This document shows positions 1-8,190 of a stretch of 24,000 nucleotides of DNA, in pieces. The position numbers and the translations under genes were made by a program. Position 1 is the stretch's first letter; each line of letters opens with the position of its first letter. The DNA is from Anaerolineae bacterium. GTDB taxonomy: Bacteria; Chloroflexota; Anaerolineae; JAAYZQ01. The stretch spans positions 483,275-507,274 of the forward strand of contig DAOQVR010000001.1 in the NCBI GenBank assembly GCA_035341665.1, in the 5' to 3' direction. Under the pieces are notes generated by a model. It saw only the letters and a list, made by a program, of their open reading frames with translations. It ran no database searches and was not told where the DNA came from.

Positions 1-625
1 TAGCCCCGTACCCAACGCTCGTGGGAACTGCGACAACCGGCCGGTCGACCAACCCGGCCACGACGCTTGCGAGAGCACCTTCCATACCCGCGACAACCAC
101 CAGCACGTTGGCTGCGTTAAGCTTGGGGCGGGCATCCAGGAGACGGTGAATGCCTGCGACACCGACGTCGTAGAGCCGCTCGACGGGGCTGCCCAGGGTC
201 TCCGCCGTGACTGCCGCCTCGTCTGCGACAGGGATGTCGGCTGTGCCGGCGCTCGCGACGAGCACCGTGCCAACGCCACTGCGCGGTGCGGGCCCTCCGA
301 CAACGATCATCCGCGCACTGGCGTAGTGAACAGCATCGGGGAAGGTCGCGAGCATTAGCTTCGCTACTTCTGGGCTGATGCGGCTGGCCATGACGCGGCC
401 CTCGGCCGCTAGCAGCCGCTCGACGATCCGCATGACCTGGTCAGAGGTCTTGCCCTGGCAGAAGACAACCTCCGGGAATCCAGTGCGCAGGCTGCGATGG
501 CTGTCCAGCCGCGCGAATCCGAGGTTCTCGTAAGGGAAAGAGCGCAGGCGCTCGAGGGCGTGCTCAACGCTCGATTCTCCCTTCTGGACCTCTTCCAGCA
601 GCGTACGCAGCCAGGACGACTCCAT
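1..625 (-). CDS. larB: LarB-like nickel-pincer cofactor biosynthesis carboxylase/hydrolase (PurE-related); C-terminus lies beyond the window
   Basis: The minus-strand frame is open from ATG 625-623 to the window edge. It is absent from the ORF track because there is no stop in the window. My translation is MESSWLRTLLEEVQKGESSVEHALERLRSFPYENLGFARLDSHRSLRTGFPEVVFCQGKT...VLVASAGTADIPVADEAAV...VVVAGMEGALASVVAGL...AVPTSVGYG, which is typical of LarB / AIR-carboxylase-related proteins. GGAGG lies 7 nt upstream, and the start is 16 nt after the larE stop. Confidence 0.85.
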   Translation of the reverse strand, partial: MESSWLRTLLEEVQKGESSVEHALERLRSFPYENLGFARLDSHRSLRTGFPEVVFCQGKTSDQVMRIVERLLAAEGRVMASRISPEVAKLMLATFPDAVHYASARMIVVGGPAPRSGVGTVLVASAGTADIPVADEAAVTAETLGSPVERLYDVGVAGIHRLLDARPKLNAANVLVVVAGMEGALASVVAGLVDRPVVAVPTSVGYGA

Positions 626-641
626 TCCGATACCTCCAGTG

Positions 642-1487
642 CTAGTGGCTCTCGGTGTGCGCGAGCACTTCGTTCAGACTCCCCATGCGGTATCCGGCCA
701 GATCGAGCGTGACATAAACATAACCCAGCTCACGCAGCAGTCGGACTGCCAAAGCGCGCGCCTTCGGCCGAGCTAGGCGGGCAATCTCATCCGGTGGGAT
801 CTCGATGCGAGCCAGGGGGAAGTGGTCACGCACGCGAAGCGGAATCGCCCCCCACTCCCCCTGAAGCCTTGCTTCGGCAGCCTCGACACGGGCCAGTCCT
901 TCGGCGGTGAGCGCTGTGTCGTAGGGGAAGCGGGTGGCCAGGCAGGGAGCTGCTGGACGGTCCCACGTCGGAAGGCCGCGTTGTCGAGAGAGCACGCGGA
1001 CCTCGCTCTTGGTTAGCCCGATCTCGGCCAGGGGGGCGCGGATACCCAGTTCGGCGCATGCCCGTCTGCCTGGGCGGTAATCGTGCTGGTCATCTGCGTT
1101 CTCGCCGGAGGTCACGTGCGCCAGGCCCTGTTGACGGCCAATGTCCAGCAAGGAATGGAAAAGGTCACGCTTGCAGTGGTAACAGCGATCGGGCCCGTTG
1201 GCAACTACGGCAGGGTCGGACAGGGAATCATACCGCACGACCAGCAGGCGTGCTCCCAGCGCTTCTGCTTGAGTGCGGGCGAGTGCCACCTCAGCGCGGG
1301 CTGTCAACGGTGAGTCCGCGGTAACGGCCAGGACACGGTCTGAGCCGAGCTCGTCCAGACTCACAGCCAGCAGGTAGGTGCTGTCAGTGCCTCCTGAATA
1401 GGCGACCAGCACACTGCCGAGCTCGGCGAGAGAGGCTCGCAAGGCTCTCTCTCTGGAGTCGAGGTCATGCTCGTTGTATCGCATCAT
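642..1487 (-). CDS. larE: LarE-like ATP-dependent sacrificial sulfur transferase (PP-loop ATP pyrophosphatase)
   Basis: 281-aa ORF with the PP-loop motif SGGTDS near the N-terminus. PCLATRF matches the LarE sacrificial-Cys region as I recall it. It sits directly upstream of larB on the same strand. Confidence 0.85.
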   Translation of the reverse strand: MMRYNEHDLDSRERALRASLAELGSVLVAYSGGTDSTYLLAVSLDELGSDRVLAVTADSPLTARAEVALARTQAEALGARLLVVRYDSLSDPAVVANGPDRCYHCKRDLFHSLLDIGRQQGLAHVTSGENADDQHDYRPGRRACAELGIRAPLAEIGLTKSEVRVLSRQRGLPTWDRPAAPCLATRFPYDTALTAEGLARVEAAEARLQGEWGAIPLRVRDHFPLARIEIPPDEIARLARPKARALAVRLLRELGYVYVTLDLAGYRMGSLNEVLAHTESH

Positions 1488-1508
1488 CTATCCAGGCTTC
1501 GCGGGTAG

Positions 1509-1537
1509 ATTCTAGCCGTGGTTGCAGTTCTCTCCAA
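1509..1537 (-). promoter_or_regulatory. Candidate sigma70-type promoter for larE-larB (TTGGAG-N17-TAGAAT on the minus strand)
   Basis: The -10 TAGAAT is the reverse complement of 1509-1514 and the -35 TTGGAG is the reverse complement of 1532-1537, with a 17-nt spacer. It would give a very short leader to ATG 1487. Hexamer match only. Confidence 0.3.
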
Positions 1538-1581
1538 GTCCGGCAACCCCGTTGCCTGCGCCTCGCACGGCCAAGATACGA

Positions 1582-1651
1582 ACATAACAAAGGGCATATC
1601 GGCACAAGAAGACATAACAACTGGAGCTCCCCCTGCGGTTAACATAAGCAA
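1582..1651. repeat. Three direct repeats (ACATAACAA, ACATAACAA, ACATAAGCAA) spaced exactly 30 bp apart in the phr-larE intergenic region
   Basis: The repeats start at 1582, 1612 and 1642. They sit in a locally AT-richer stretch between the photolyase stop (1673) and the larE start (1487). Confidence 0.6.
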
Positions 1652-1672
1652 CGGTAGCGTCGCGGGCTGAGA

Positions 1673-3184
1673 CTAGCCCGCAGATCGTGATCGTGCGTAG
1701 GCAGCCAACACACGTTCCCGTGCCCAGCCATGGTCGACGACGGGAAACGGGTAATCGTGCCCGACACGGCACCCTATCGCTGCCTGTAGGTCAGTGGGCA
1801 TCTCCCAAGGTGCGTGGAGGTAGCGCAATGGCACGTGGGCGAGCTCGGGAACCCAACTTCTCACGTACACGCCCTCGGGATCGTGCTTGCGGCCCTGGAG
1901 GATGGGATTGAAGATGCGGAAGTAGGGGGTAGCGTCGGTGCCTGTGCCAGCTGACCACTGCCAGCCGCCGTTGTTGGAGGATGGGTCAGCGTCGAGCAGG
2001 TGCTGCATGAACCATCGCTCACCCCAGCGCCAGTCGATGAGCAGGTCTTTCACCAGGAACGAGGCGACGATCATCCGTGCCCGGTTGTGCATCCAGCCCG
2101 TTTGCCAGAGCTGGCGCATCGCGGCGTCCACGATCGGATACCCTGTCTGTCCCGCGCACCAGGCTTCGAAGGCCGCCTCGTCATTCTCCCACGCAATGGC
2201 CTGGAGGTCGCGGCGAAAGCTGTGATCCGCCGTCTCGGGAAAGTGAGCCTGGATCGAGATGTAGAACTCGCGCCACACAAGCTCATTGAGCCAGGTATCC
2301 GCTCCATGGCGGTCCTGTTCGTCCGGCGCGTCGTCGGCCTTGCGCAGGGCGCCGACGATCACCTGCCTGGCGGAGAGCATTCCAAAGCGCAGGTAGGGTG
2401 ACAGCTGCGAGGTGCCCTCCATGTCCGGACGATCGCGGTTCTCGGCGTAGTGGTAGATGCCCAGGTCGTGGTCCGCCAGGAAGATGCCCAGCCGTCGCTG
2501 CGCCTCGGCTTCTCCGGGCACGAACAACGCATTGGGAGGAAGCTCGCGCTCGGCGTGCAGTGGCAGGCTCGCGACCTGCTGGGGAACGGGGGGCACCGAA
2601 GGCGGCTCTAGCAGGCCGCCAGGGACCGGCAGCGGACGGCTTTTCCAGGCGCGGAGGAAGGGCGTGAACACCGTGTAGGGAGTCCCATCGGCCTTGAGCA
2701 CTGCGTCGGGCGGGTGGACCGTCAGGCCCGCGACCAGGTGCAGGCGCAAAGCCGTGGCGACAGCGGCATCGCGGGACCGGGCGTAGGGCCACGGGTCTTC
2801 CTCGGCGAAGACAGCCGTGGCCCCGGTTTCACTTGCCAGCTTGGCGAGCTCCTCGGTTGGATTTCCCTGTAGGATGACGAGGCGGCTTCCTCGAGCGCGC
2901 AATTCGGCATCAAGAAGCCGCAGCCCACCAAACAAGAACGCGACACGCCTCCATGCGGCATCTCCTACCTGCTCGGACTTTAGGATCGTTGGATCCAGCA
3001 CGAAGACGGGGATGAGCTGATCGGCTGCTGCGATGGCCGCGTGCAGTGCTTGATTGTCGGCCAATCTCAAGTCGCGTCGGATCCACCAGATCGCAGTAGT
3101 CACTGGTGCATGCTCTGAGCTACCCGGTGTCCCATCTCGGGGAGGATGGCGTGTGCCAATCTGCCGGTGGCCTGCGCTACGCAA
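1673..3184 (-). CDS. phr: Deoxyribodipyrimidine photolyase, class I CPD type (FAD)
   Basis: The C-terminal half reads [85 protein letters not shown], almost colinear with E. coli Phr. The N-terminus [16 protein letters not shown] is the photolyase alpha/beta domain. ATG 3184 overlaps the upstream gene by 8 nt. GTG 3103, just before [11 protein letters not shown], is an alternative start. Confidence 0.9.
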   Translation of the reverse strand: MRSAGHRQIGTRHPPRDGTPGSSEHAPVTTAIWWIRRDLRLADNQALHAAIAAADQLIPVFVLDPTILKSEQVGDAAWRRVAFLFGGLRLLDAELRARGSRLVILQGNPTEELAKLASETGATAVFAEEDPWPYARSRDAAVATALRLHLVAGLTVHPPDAVLKADGTPYTVFTPFLRAWKSRPLPVPGGLLEPPSVPPVPQQVASLPLHAERELPPNALFVPGEAEAQRRLGIFLADHDLGIYHYAENRDRPDMEGTSQLSPYLRFGMLSARQVIVGALRKADDAPDEQDRHGADTWLNELVWREFYISIQAHFPETADHSFRRDLQAIAWENDEAAFEAWCAGQTGYPIVDAAMRQLWQTGWMHNRARMIVASFLVKDLLIDWRWGERWFMQHLLDADPSSNNGGWQWSAGTGTDATPYFRIFNPILQGRKHDPEGVYVRSWVPELAHVPLRYLHAPWEMPTDLQAAIGCRVGHDYPFPVVDHGWARERVLAAYARSRSAG

Positions 3185-4103
3185 CGGCTTCGCGTAGTGC
3201 TGGTTCGATCTCCGGGAAACGGAACTGGAATCCTTGCTCCAGGAGCCGCTTCGGCACAGCCTGCTGGCCTGTCAGGAGAAGATCGGCCACCTCACCGAAC
3301 GCAGCCCGCATGACGGCGCCGGGCAGGGGAAGCCATGAGGGTCGGTGTAGAACGCGGCCAAGCGCGCGCGAGAGCTCGGCATTCGTCACTGCCCGCGGCG
3401 CAGCAAGGTTGTACGCGCCTGAGGCAGCCGGGTTGTCGATGAGGAACAGGATGGCTCGCGCCTCGTCCTCGAGCTGAATCCAGGAAAGCCACTGCCGGCC
3501 GTTGCCAATGGGCCCGCCTGCGTAGAACCGGTGCTGGAGTAGCATCGGCCGGAGTGCTCCGCCTGTCTTGCTGAGCACGACGCCCGTGCGGATCACGGCG
3601 CGCCGGACGCCCAGTGCTTCAACCGGTGCGGTGGACGGTTCCCACTCTCTCGCGGCAAAGGCAGCCAGGAAGTCTTGGCCGGGGCTGCTGTCTTCTGTGA
3701 CGGGGTCGTCGGCGTGAGGGCCGTAGAAACCCACTCCGGAGGCCTGGATAACCACGCCAGGCTTCTGACTCGCCCGCTCGGTTGCTTCCACCACGGCCCG
3801 CCCCGCGTCCAGCCGGCTTTCGCGGATGAGCCGCTTCCTTGCAGCATTCCAGCGACTGGGGAGCAGCCCGTCCCCCGAGATGTTGGCACCGGCCAAGTTG
3901 ACGATGGCACCGGCCCCATCGGCCAGGTGCGCCCAGCCGTCGGCGGTGCGACCATCCCACTTCTCGGCACGGACCTCGCCTGCCAGCCCCGTTACTGCCT
4001 CGGGACGTCGGCTGAGCAGAACCACGTCGCGACCCGCAGCTGACAAGTGCGCCGAGAGCGCCCGTCCGATGAGCCCAGTCCCACCGGTGATGATCACTCG
4101 CAT
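3177..4103 (-). CDS. yfcH: YfcH-like NAD-binding epimerase family protein (SDR fold with a DUF1731-type C-terminus)
   Basis: Starts [16 protein letters not shown] (Rossmann GxxGxxG) and ends in [22 protein letters not shown] chose ATG 4103 because AGGAGG lies 7 nt upstream. The 25 extra codons in the ORF track (to 4178) lack homology. Confidence 0.8.
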   Translation of the reverse strand: MRVIITGGTGLIGRALSAHLSAAGRDVVLLSRRPEAVTGLAGEVRAEKWDGRTADGWAHLADGAGAIVNLAGANISGDGLLPSRWNAARKRLIRESRLDAGRAVVEATERASQKPGVVIQASGVGFYGPHADDPVTEDSSPGQDFLAAFAAREWEPSTAPVEALGVRRAVIRTGVVLSKTGGALRPMLLQHRFYAGGPIGNGRQWLSWIQLEDEARAILFLIDNPAASGAYNLAAPRAVTNAELSRALGRVLHRPSWLPLPGAVMRAAFGEVADLLLTGQQAVPKRLLEQGFQFRFPEIEPALREAVA

Positions 4104-4150
4104 GTTCTTACCTCCTGGCATGTGTCCTGCAGATGCGGCCGGTGCGCAGC

Positions 4151-5452
4151 CTAGCGGCCGATGCATCCACGCAGCCAATCGAGCGCCAACCCACCTTGTT
4201 GGTCGAGGTGTTTCTCAGCCGCGTGCAGATAGGCGAGGACCAGACCGGAGAACCTCGCCGAGGCGATCTCTGGCATGCCCAGTTCCTCCGTCAGGTCCCC
4301 GCACTCAAGGAGCGAGACGGCTCCAAGGGCCAGCGCGGCCTCGAGATGCTGGGAGACCTCGGTGCAGAAGCTGGTTGCCTGCGAGCGTCCAAGTCCGAGA
4401 GACGCCGAACTCCCGATAACCTCGGCCTCGATGGACAACCGGCGCTCCTGGAAGCGCACCCGTGCTACCCGAGCCTCCTCAGGAGTCGGCTCTGGGGTTG
4501 GAGCAACCCTCGAGCCGGAGAGCAGCGCATCCGCCGTGCGCAGGGCGTAGTCTATCCTCTCTCCGAGGAAGAACCCAGGAACCCTGTCGCGCAGCTTTGG
4601 ATGGCGGTTGAACACACCGCCCGCGAACGCGAAGGGAGCCAGGCCCTGAATCGTCTCGGCTCCCTCGACCAGAGTGGCGGCAGAGGGCAGGCGCTGCGCT
4701 GCCATGATGATCAGGCCGGGCCGTACGATGCTGACCGCTGTGTCCAACTGCTCCACTGGGACATCGGCACCCAGGTAGACCACGGGCCAGCCAAGGTGGC
4801 GCAGCAAGTAGGTCAACAACAGGAGCCCGAAAGTGTGGTGTTCGCCAGGCGGGCAGGCTGCCAAGACACGGTTGGCGCGGTTGGCAGGTGGACACGCCAC
4901 CAGCAACGCCTCCAATCGTCCGACGGCCAGCTCCGAGACAAAGTGCTCCTGCTGAACGGAGACCTCTCCCTGCCTCCAGAGTTCGCCCACCTCGCGCACC
5001 GCCCACTGGAGCATATCGAGGCACACGACATCGGGTCGGTAGAGGGCAAAGGCTTGTGCGGCAGCCTGGTCAGCTTTCCTCCGGTCGTACCTGAGGCAGG
5101 CAGCAAGCCACTGCTCGCGCATCGCCTCGAGAGTAGTGCCTGACGCGGGTGAATCGATGGCAGGACCGGCGGGCGAGACCCTCGCCCCTACAACCTCCAG
5201 AGGGTTGTGACCCTCAGCCTCGACTTGACGAAAGAGGGCGACGGCTCGGGCGATCGTCATGCCCTCGTGCTGCCGGGCCTCGAGCCAACGGAGAACATCG
5301 ATGTCGCGCTGCGTATAGAGCCGTTGGCCGCCGGCACTGCGGGTGGGGCAGGGTAGCCCGTATCGCCGCTCCCAGGCCCTCAGTGTGTCTGGTTTGAGGC
5401 CTGTCTGCAGGGCGACGGCTTTCAGGTTGAAGAGCGGGGCCTCTTCTGCCAC
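4151..5452 (-). CDS. carH: MerR-family, cobalamin-binding light-sensing transcriptional regulator (CarH/LitR type) with an extra ~120-aa C-terminal domain
   Basis: MerR HTH: LFNLKAVALQTGLKPDTLRAWERRYGLPCPTRSAGGQRLYTQRDI. A Wx9EH motif is present (WRQGEVSVQQEH). The B12 Rossmann motif GEHHTFG (ExHxxG) is followed by VVYLGADVP. The start is set at GTG 5452, 19 nt after the DUF1295 stop and preceded by GAGAGGAAAGG. The track's ATG 5575 would overlap the upstream gene by 104 nt. Confidence 0.8.
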   Translation of the reverse strand: MAEEAPLFNLKAVALQTGLKPDTLRAWERRYGLPCPTRSAGGQRLYTQRDIDVLRWLEARQHEGMTIARAVALFRQVEAEGHNPLEVVGARVSPAGPAIDSPASGTTLEAMREQWLAACLRYDRRKADQAAAQAFALYRPDVVCLDMLQWAVREVGELWRQGEVSVQQEHFVSELAVGRLEALLVACPPANRANRVLAACPPGEHHTFGLLLLTYLLRHLGWPVVYLGADVPVEQLDTAVSIVRPGLIIMAAQRLPSAATLVEGAETIQGLAPFAFAGGVFNRHPKLRDRVPGFFLGERIDYALRTADALLSGSRVAPTPEPTPEEARVARVRFQERRLSIEAEVIGSSASLGLGRSQATSFCTEVSQHLEAALALGAVSLLECGDLTEELGMPEIASARFSGLVLAYLHAAEKHLDQQGGLALDWLRGCIGR

Positions 5453-5471
5453 GCTAGCTGGCCCTTTCCTC

Positions 5472-6260
5472 TCAGCGCCGCTTCCTGGGAAACCAGGGGA
5501 TGAAGGCGCTGGTGCTCTGAACGTACTCGCGGTAGGCTGGCTTGGTGGTCGCGAGTGTCTTCTCGAGGAGGGCAACTCCCGAGACTCGCAGCAATAGGGC
5601 GGTCATGAGGATCGGGCTGAAGATGGTCCAAAAGCCACCGGCTGCCGAAGCGAAGAGATAGTAGGCCCACCACTGAGCCGAGTCGCCAAAGTAGTTGGGG
5701 TGACGGGTGTAGCGCCAGACGCCCCCGTCCAGGACTCGGCCCTTGTTGGCGGGGTTTGCTCGAAAGCGCGCAAGCTGAAGGTCGCCCACTGACTCGAAGA
5801 AGAACCCGATTGCCCAAAGGGGCAGGGCGATCCAGTCGAGGATCGTCAGGCGAGCTGCTTGGGACCCAATCTGGGCGGCGAGGAGCGGGGCTGAGATGAT
5901 CCACAGCAAGAGACCCTGCAACACGAACACCTTGAAGAAGCTCTTCCACCACCACTGAGAGCCTTCCTCCTCGCGCCACTTGCGGTAGCGAAAGTCCTCG
6001 CCCTTGCCCCAGTTTCGCCAAAGAAGATAGGCCGAGAGACGCAATCCCCATATCGTGACGAGAACCGCGACGAGCCACTTCCGCGCCGGGAACCCATCTG
6101 GTGTCAGGGCGAAGTAGAGCCAGTTCACGATGACAAAGCCTGTTCCCCAGAAGGGATCGACGATGCTCGAGTTTCGCAGGAGGAGACTGAGCACCCAGAG
6201 CAGGGCCATGAGGCCCATCACAACACCCAGACCTGTGAGATACACCTCGACAAAGCTCAC
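5472..6260 (-). CDS. DUF1295 family polytopic membrane protein (steroid 5-alpha-reductase / ICMT-like fold)
   Basis: Multi-TM ORF containing GLRLSAYLLWRNWGKGEDFRYRKWRE and RYTRHPNYFGDSAQWW, both characteristic of DUF1295. The GTG start overlaps the DegV stop (GTGA at 6257-6260). GGAGG lies upstream. Confidence 0.8.
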   Translation of the reverse strand: MSFVEVYLTGLGVVMGLMALLWVLSLLLRNSSIVDPFWGTGFVIVNWLYFALTPDGFPARKWLVAVLVTIWGLRLSAYLLWRNWGKGEDFRYRKWREEEGSQWWWKSFFKVFVLQGLLLWIISAPLLAAQIGSQAARLTILDWIALPLWAIGFFFESVGDLQLARFRANPANKGRVLDGGVWRYTRHPNYFGDSAQWWAYYLFASAAGGFWTIFSPILMTALLLRVSGVALLEKTLATTKPAYREYVQSTSAFIPWFPRKRR

Positions 6261-7135
6261 TTCACTGCCTCCATCTGATCGCTCCCCGGCGCTTGCCCTT
6301 TGGCTTCCACGACGACAAAGCCGGCAGCTCCCGGGCCGATGTGCGTCCCGATGACTGGTGTTACTTCCGCGACGAGCGGCTGCCCGCCGTTGGGAAAGAG
6401 GTGGGACGCCTCGCGCCAGTACGAGTCGAGCCTTTCGGGTGCGTGGGTGTGTACCAGCGCAAGTTGCTCAAACGGCGCGAGTCCGGAGATCATTTCCACT
6501 ACACGCGTCCTGGCGCCGCCGCGGGTGCGAGCACGTTCCATGCGGAATTCTCCGCCGTTCATTGTCAGGATGGGCTTGACCTGGAGTATGGCCCCCAGGC
6601 TGGATTGCAGGCGGCTGAGCCGCCCACTGCGCCGCAAGTACTCCAGTGTATCGAGCGCGGCGATACAGTGGGTGCGGGAAGCCTGGTCCTCGAGTGCTGC
6701 GAGGATCTCTGCGCGGGACCGGCCCGCAGCGGCTTGCTTGGCCGCTGTCAGGGCGAGCAGGCCTATGCCAAGTGTGAGGTTGCCCGAGTCGAACACGGTG
6801 ACCCGCACGCTGCGCATTTCTTGCGCAGCCAGGCGTGCCACGCCGACCATGGCGCTGAGCGCGCTGCCGATGTGGATCGAGATGATCTCTGTTGCTCCCG
6901 TATTGGCAAGCTCCTCGTAGACCTTTACGAACTGGCCGGGTCCAGGGACAGAGGTGGTGGGGTGCGCCCCGAAACTGGGGAGACCCTCGTAGAACTGCTC
7001 ATGGGTCATCTCGACTCCATCGAGATAGCTCTGTTGACCGATGTTGATGTATAGGGGGACTATCGTAATCCCATGAATGGAGGCCAGCTCCGCTGGCAGG
7101 TCGCAACTGGAGTCGGTCACAATTCGGATCGACAC
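6257..7135 (-). CDS. DegV family fatty-acid-binding protein (FakB-like)
   Basis: IRIVTDSSCDLP near the N-terminus, and the protein is DegV-like throughout. The start is set at GTG 7135, with AAAGAGGA 6 nt upstream. The 46 upstream codons in the track (to 7273) would overlap the heliorhodopsin gene. Confidence 0.85.
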   Translation of the reverse strand: MSIRIVTDSSCDLPAELASIHGITIVPLYINIGQQSYLDGVEMTHEQFYEGLPSFGAHPTTSVPGPGQFVKVYEELANTGATEIISIHIGSALSAMVGVARLAAQEMRSVRVTVFDSGNLTLGIGLLALTAAKQAAAGRSRAEILAALEDQASRTHCIAALDTLEYLRRSGRLSRLQSSLGAILQVKPILTMNGGEFRMERARTRGGARTRVVEMISGLAPFEQLALVHTHAPERLDSYWREASHLFPNGGQPLVAEVTPVIGTHIGPGAAGFVVVEAKGQAPGSDQMEAVK

Positions 7136-7182
7136 GCTATCCTCTTTCTGCCCGGGTTCCCGGTGCTCTGCGCGAACCTTCG

Positions 7183-7205
7183 CCTCGCCAGACGTCCTGG
7201 CGAGG
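7183..7205 (-). other. Perfect 9-bp stem-loop (CCTCGCCAG-5 nt-CTGGCGAGG) between the heliorhodopsin and degV genes
   Basis: The inverted repeat is visible at 7183-7191 and 7197-7205. No U-tract follows on the minus strand, so it is not a canonical intrinsic terminator. Confidence 0.3.
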
Positions 7206-7239
7206 GGAAAGGCGCAATCGCCGGTCAGGGATGTCGCCG

Positions 7240-8082
7240 CTAGGGCGCCAGCACGCCGGCAAAGACCTGCCAAGCCAGGAGAGTCTTGGCTACAAGGCTA
7301 AGGACGATGTACATGCGCTCGCCGAAGAGGTAGTCCTTCCACGGACCCACCTTCTTGTACTGCAGGTACATGTTCACGGCAAAGATGTTAAAGAAGACGA
7401 AGAGACTGGCGACGATCCCGTAGACAAAGTCGGGCGGCCCGCTGTTCGGCGTCGAGGCGGAGGCGATCGACCAGACAAAGTACACGACAATCACGATCCA
7501 TGGGACGATCCCGGCGAAGCAGCCATAGATGAACGAGGTCCAGTCTGTCTTCTTTGTGGTCTGATTGTGGAGCTCCATCAGCACGCCGAAGAGGTTCATG
7601 CTGGCATTCACGCCGAACATCGCGATCAGAGCACCCAGGTCTGACACGCCGGTGAGTAGTCCGATCAGCACAATCATGATGGAGGAGCTAAAGGCATACT
7701 CGTAGAATCTCGCGGGGTTCATGCCCTTTTTGAGGTGGGCCACATACCACTTGTAGCCAAACGAGGCGAGGCTGAAGTGGGCAATGGCTGAAATGAGCAG
7801 AAAGGCGCCCACTGCCGGGCCAAAGGCGAGCGAAAACGCATCCTTGAGAGTGGGCACCAGCTTCTGGGCAGCCGCGTCAAAGTTGAGAACGGTTACCGTG
7901 ACCCCATAGGTCTTGAGGTCGCCCAACACGAAGCTGAGAACGACCATCAGGACACCCTGCACCAGGTGTAGGAAGCCCATGATCAAGTTGAAGCGGCGCA
8001 GGCCCTGATACGTCTTCTCTGGAACGTCGGGAGCATTGGAGGCAACGGCGGCTTTCTTCGCGGCGACGGGTTTCTTTGTCAT
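7240..8082 (-). CDS. Heliorhodopsin (7-TM retinal protein with inverted topology)
   Basis: Colinear with heliorhodopsin 48C12 as I recall it. Matching blocks are FGVNASMNLFG, GCFAGIVPW, DFVYGIVASLFVFFNIFA and GERMYIVLSLVAKTLLAWQVFAG, the last carrying the Schiff-base Lys. The counterion Glu context FYEYAFSSSIM and both conserved His (GFLHLVQ, SAIAHF) are present. The basic N-terminus fits an N-in topology. AAGGAGAG precedes ATG 8082. Confidence 0.9.
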   Translation of the reverse strand: MTKKPVAAKKAAVASNAPDVPEKTYQGLRRFNLIMGFLHLVQGVLMVVLSFVLGDLKTYGVTVTVLNFDAAAQKLVPTLKDAFSLAFGPAVGAFLLISAIAHFSLASFGYKWYVAHLKKGMNPARFYEYAFSSSIMIVLIGLLTGVSDLGALIAMFGVNASMNLFGVLMELHNQTTKKTDWTSFIYGCFAGIVPWIVIVVYFVWSIASASTPNSGPPDFVYGIVASLFVFFNIFAVNMYLQYKKVGPWKDYLFGERMYIVLSLVAKTLLAWQVFAGVLAP

Positions 8083-8161
8083 TTCTCTCTCCTTAGGCTA
8101 TGTTCGGTTGGTGACCCCGTTGGGGCATTCAGGTGCTCTTGAGCTCTGCAAACTGAGCGCC

Positions 8162-8190
8162 ATTTTAGCACGCCGCCCAACTGTTGTCAA
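8162..8190 (-). promoter_or_regulatory. Near-consensus sigma70-type promoter facing the heliorhodopsin gene (TTGACA-N17-TAAAAT)
   Basis: On the minus strand, the -35 TTGACA is the reverse complement of 8185-8190 and the -10 TAAAAT is the reverse complement of 8162-8167, with a 17-nt spacer. This predicts a 5' UTR of about 70 nt to ATG 8082. Confidence 0.55.

Noticed and set aside
4104-4178. N-terminal extensions given by the ORF track for several genes: 3177-4178, 4151-5575, 6257-7273, 16269-17366, 17635-18498, 18857-19558, 19404-19961 and 19942-23103.
   Set aside because: The extensions overlap the upstream gene, lack homology to the family, and bypass internal starts that have good SD sequences. 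I used the internal starts instead.
4133-5143. Long plus-strand ORF (336 aa) antisense to the CarH-like gene. Similar long antisense or alternate-frame ORFs occur at 6293-7054 (+), 8165-8992 (-), 9901-10689 (+), 5422-6078 (-), 14637-15350 (-), 21940-23046 (-) and 22890-23921 (-).
   Set aside because: Each lies entirely within a gene on the other strand or frame that has clear family signatures. Their products are Arg/Pro/Gly/Ala-rich and low in complexity, as expected for spurious open frames in high-GC DNA, and none has a convincing SD or start context.
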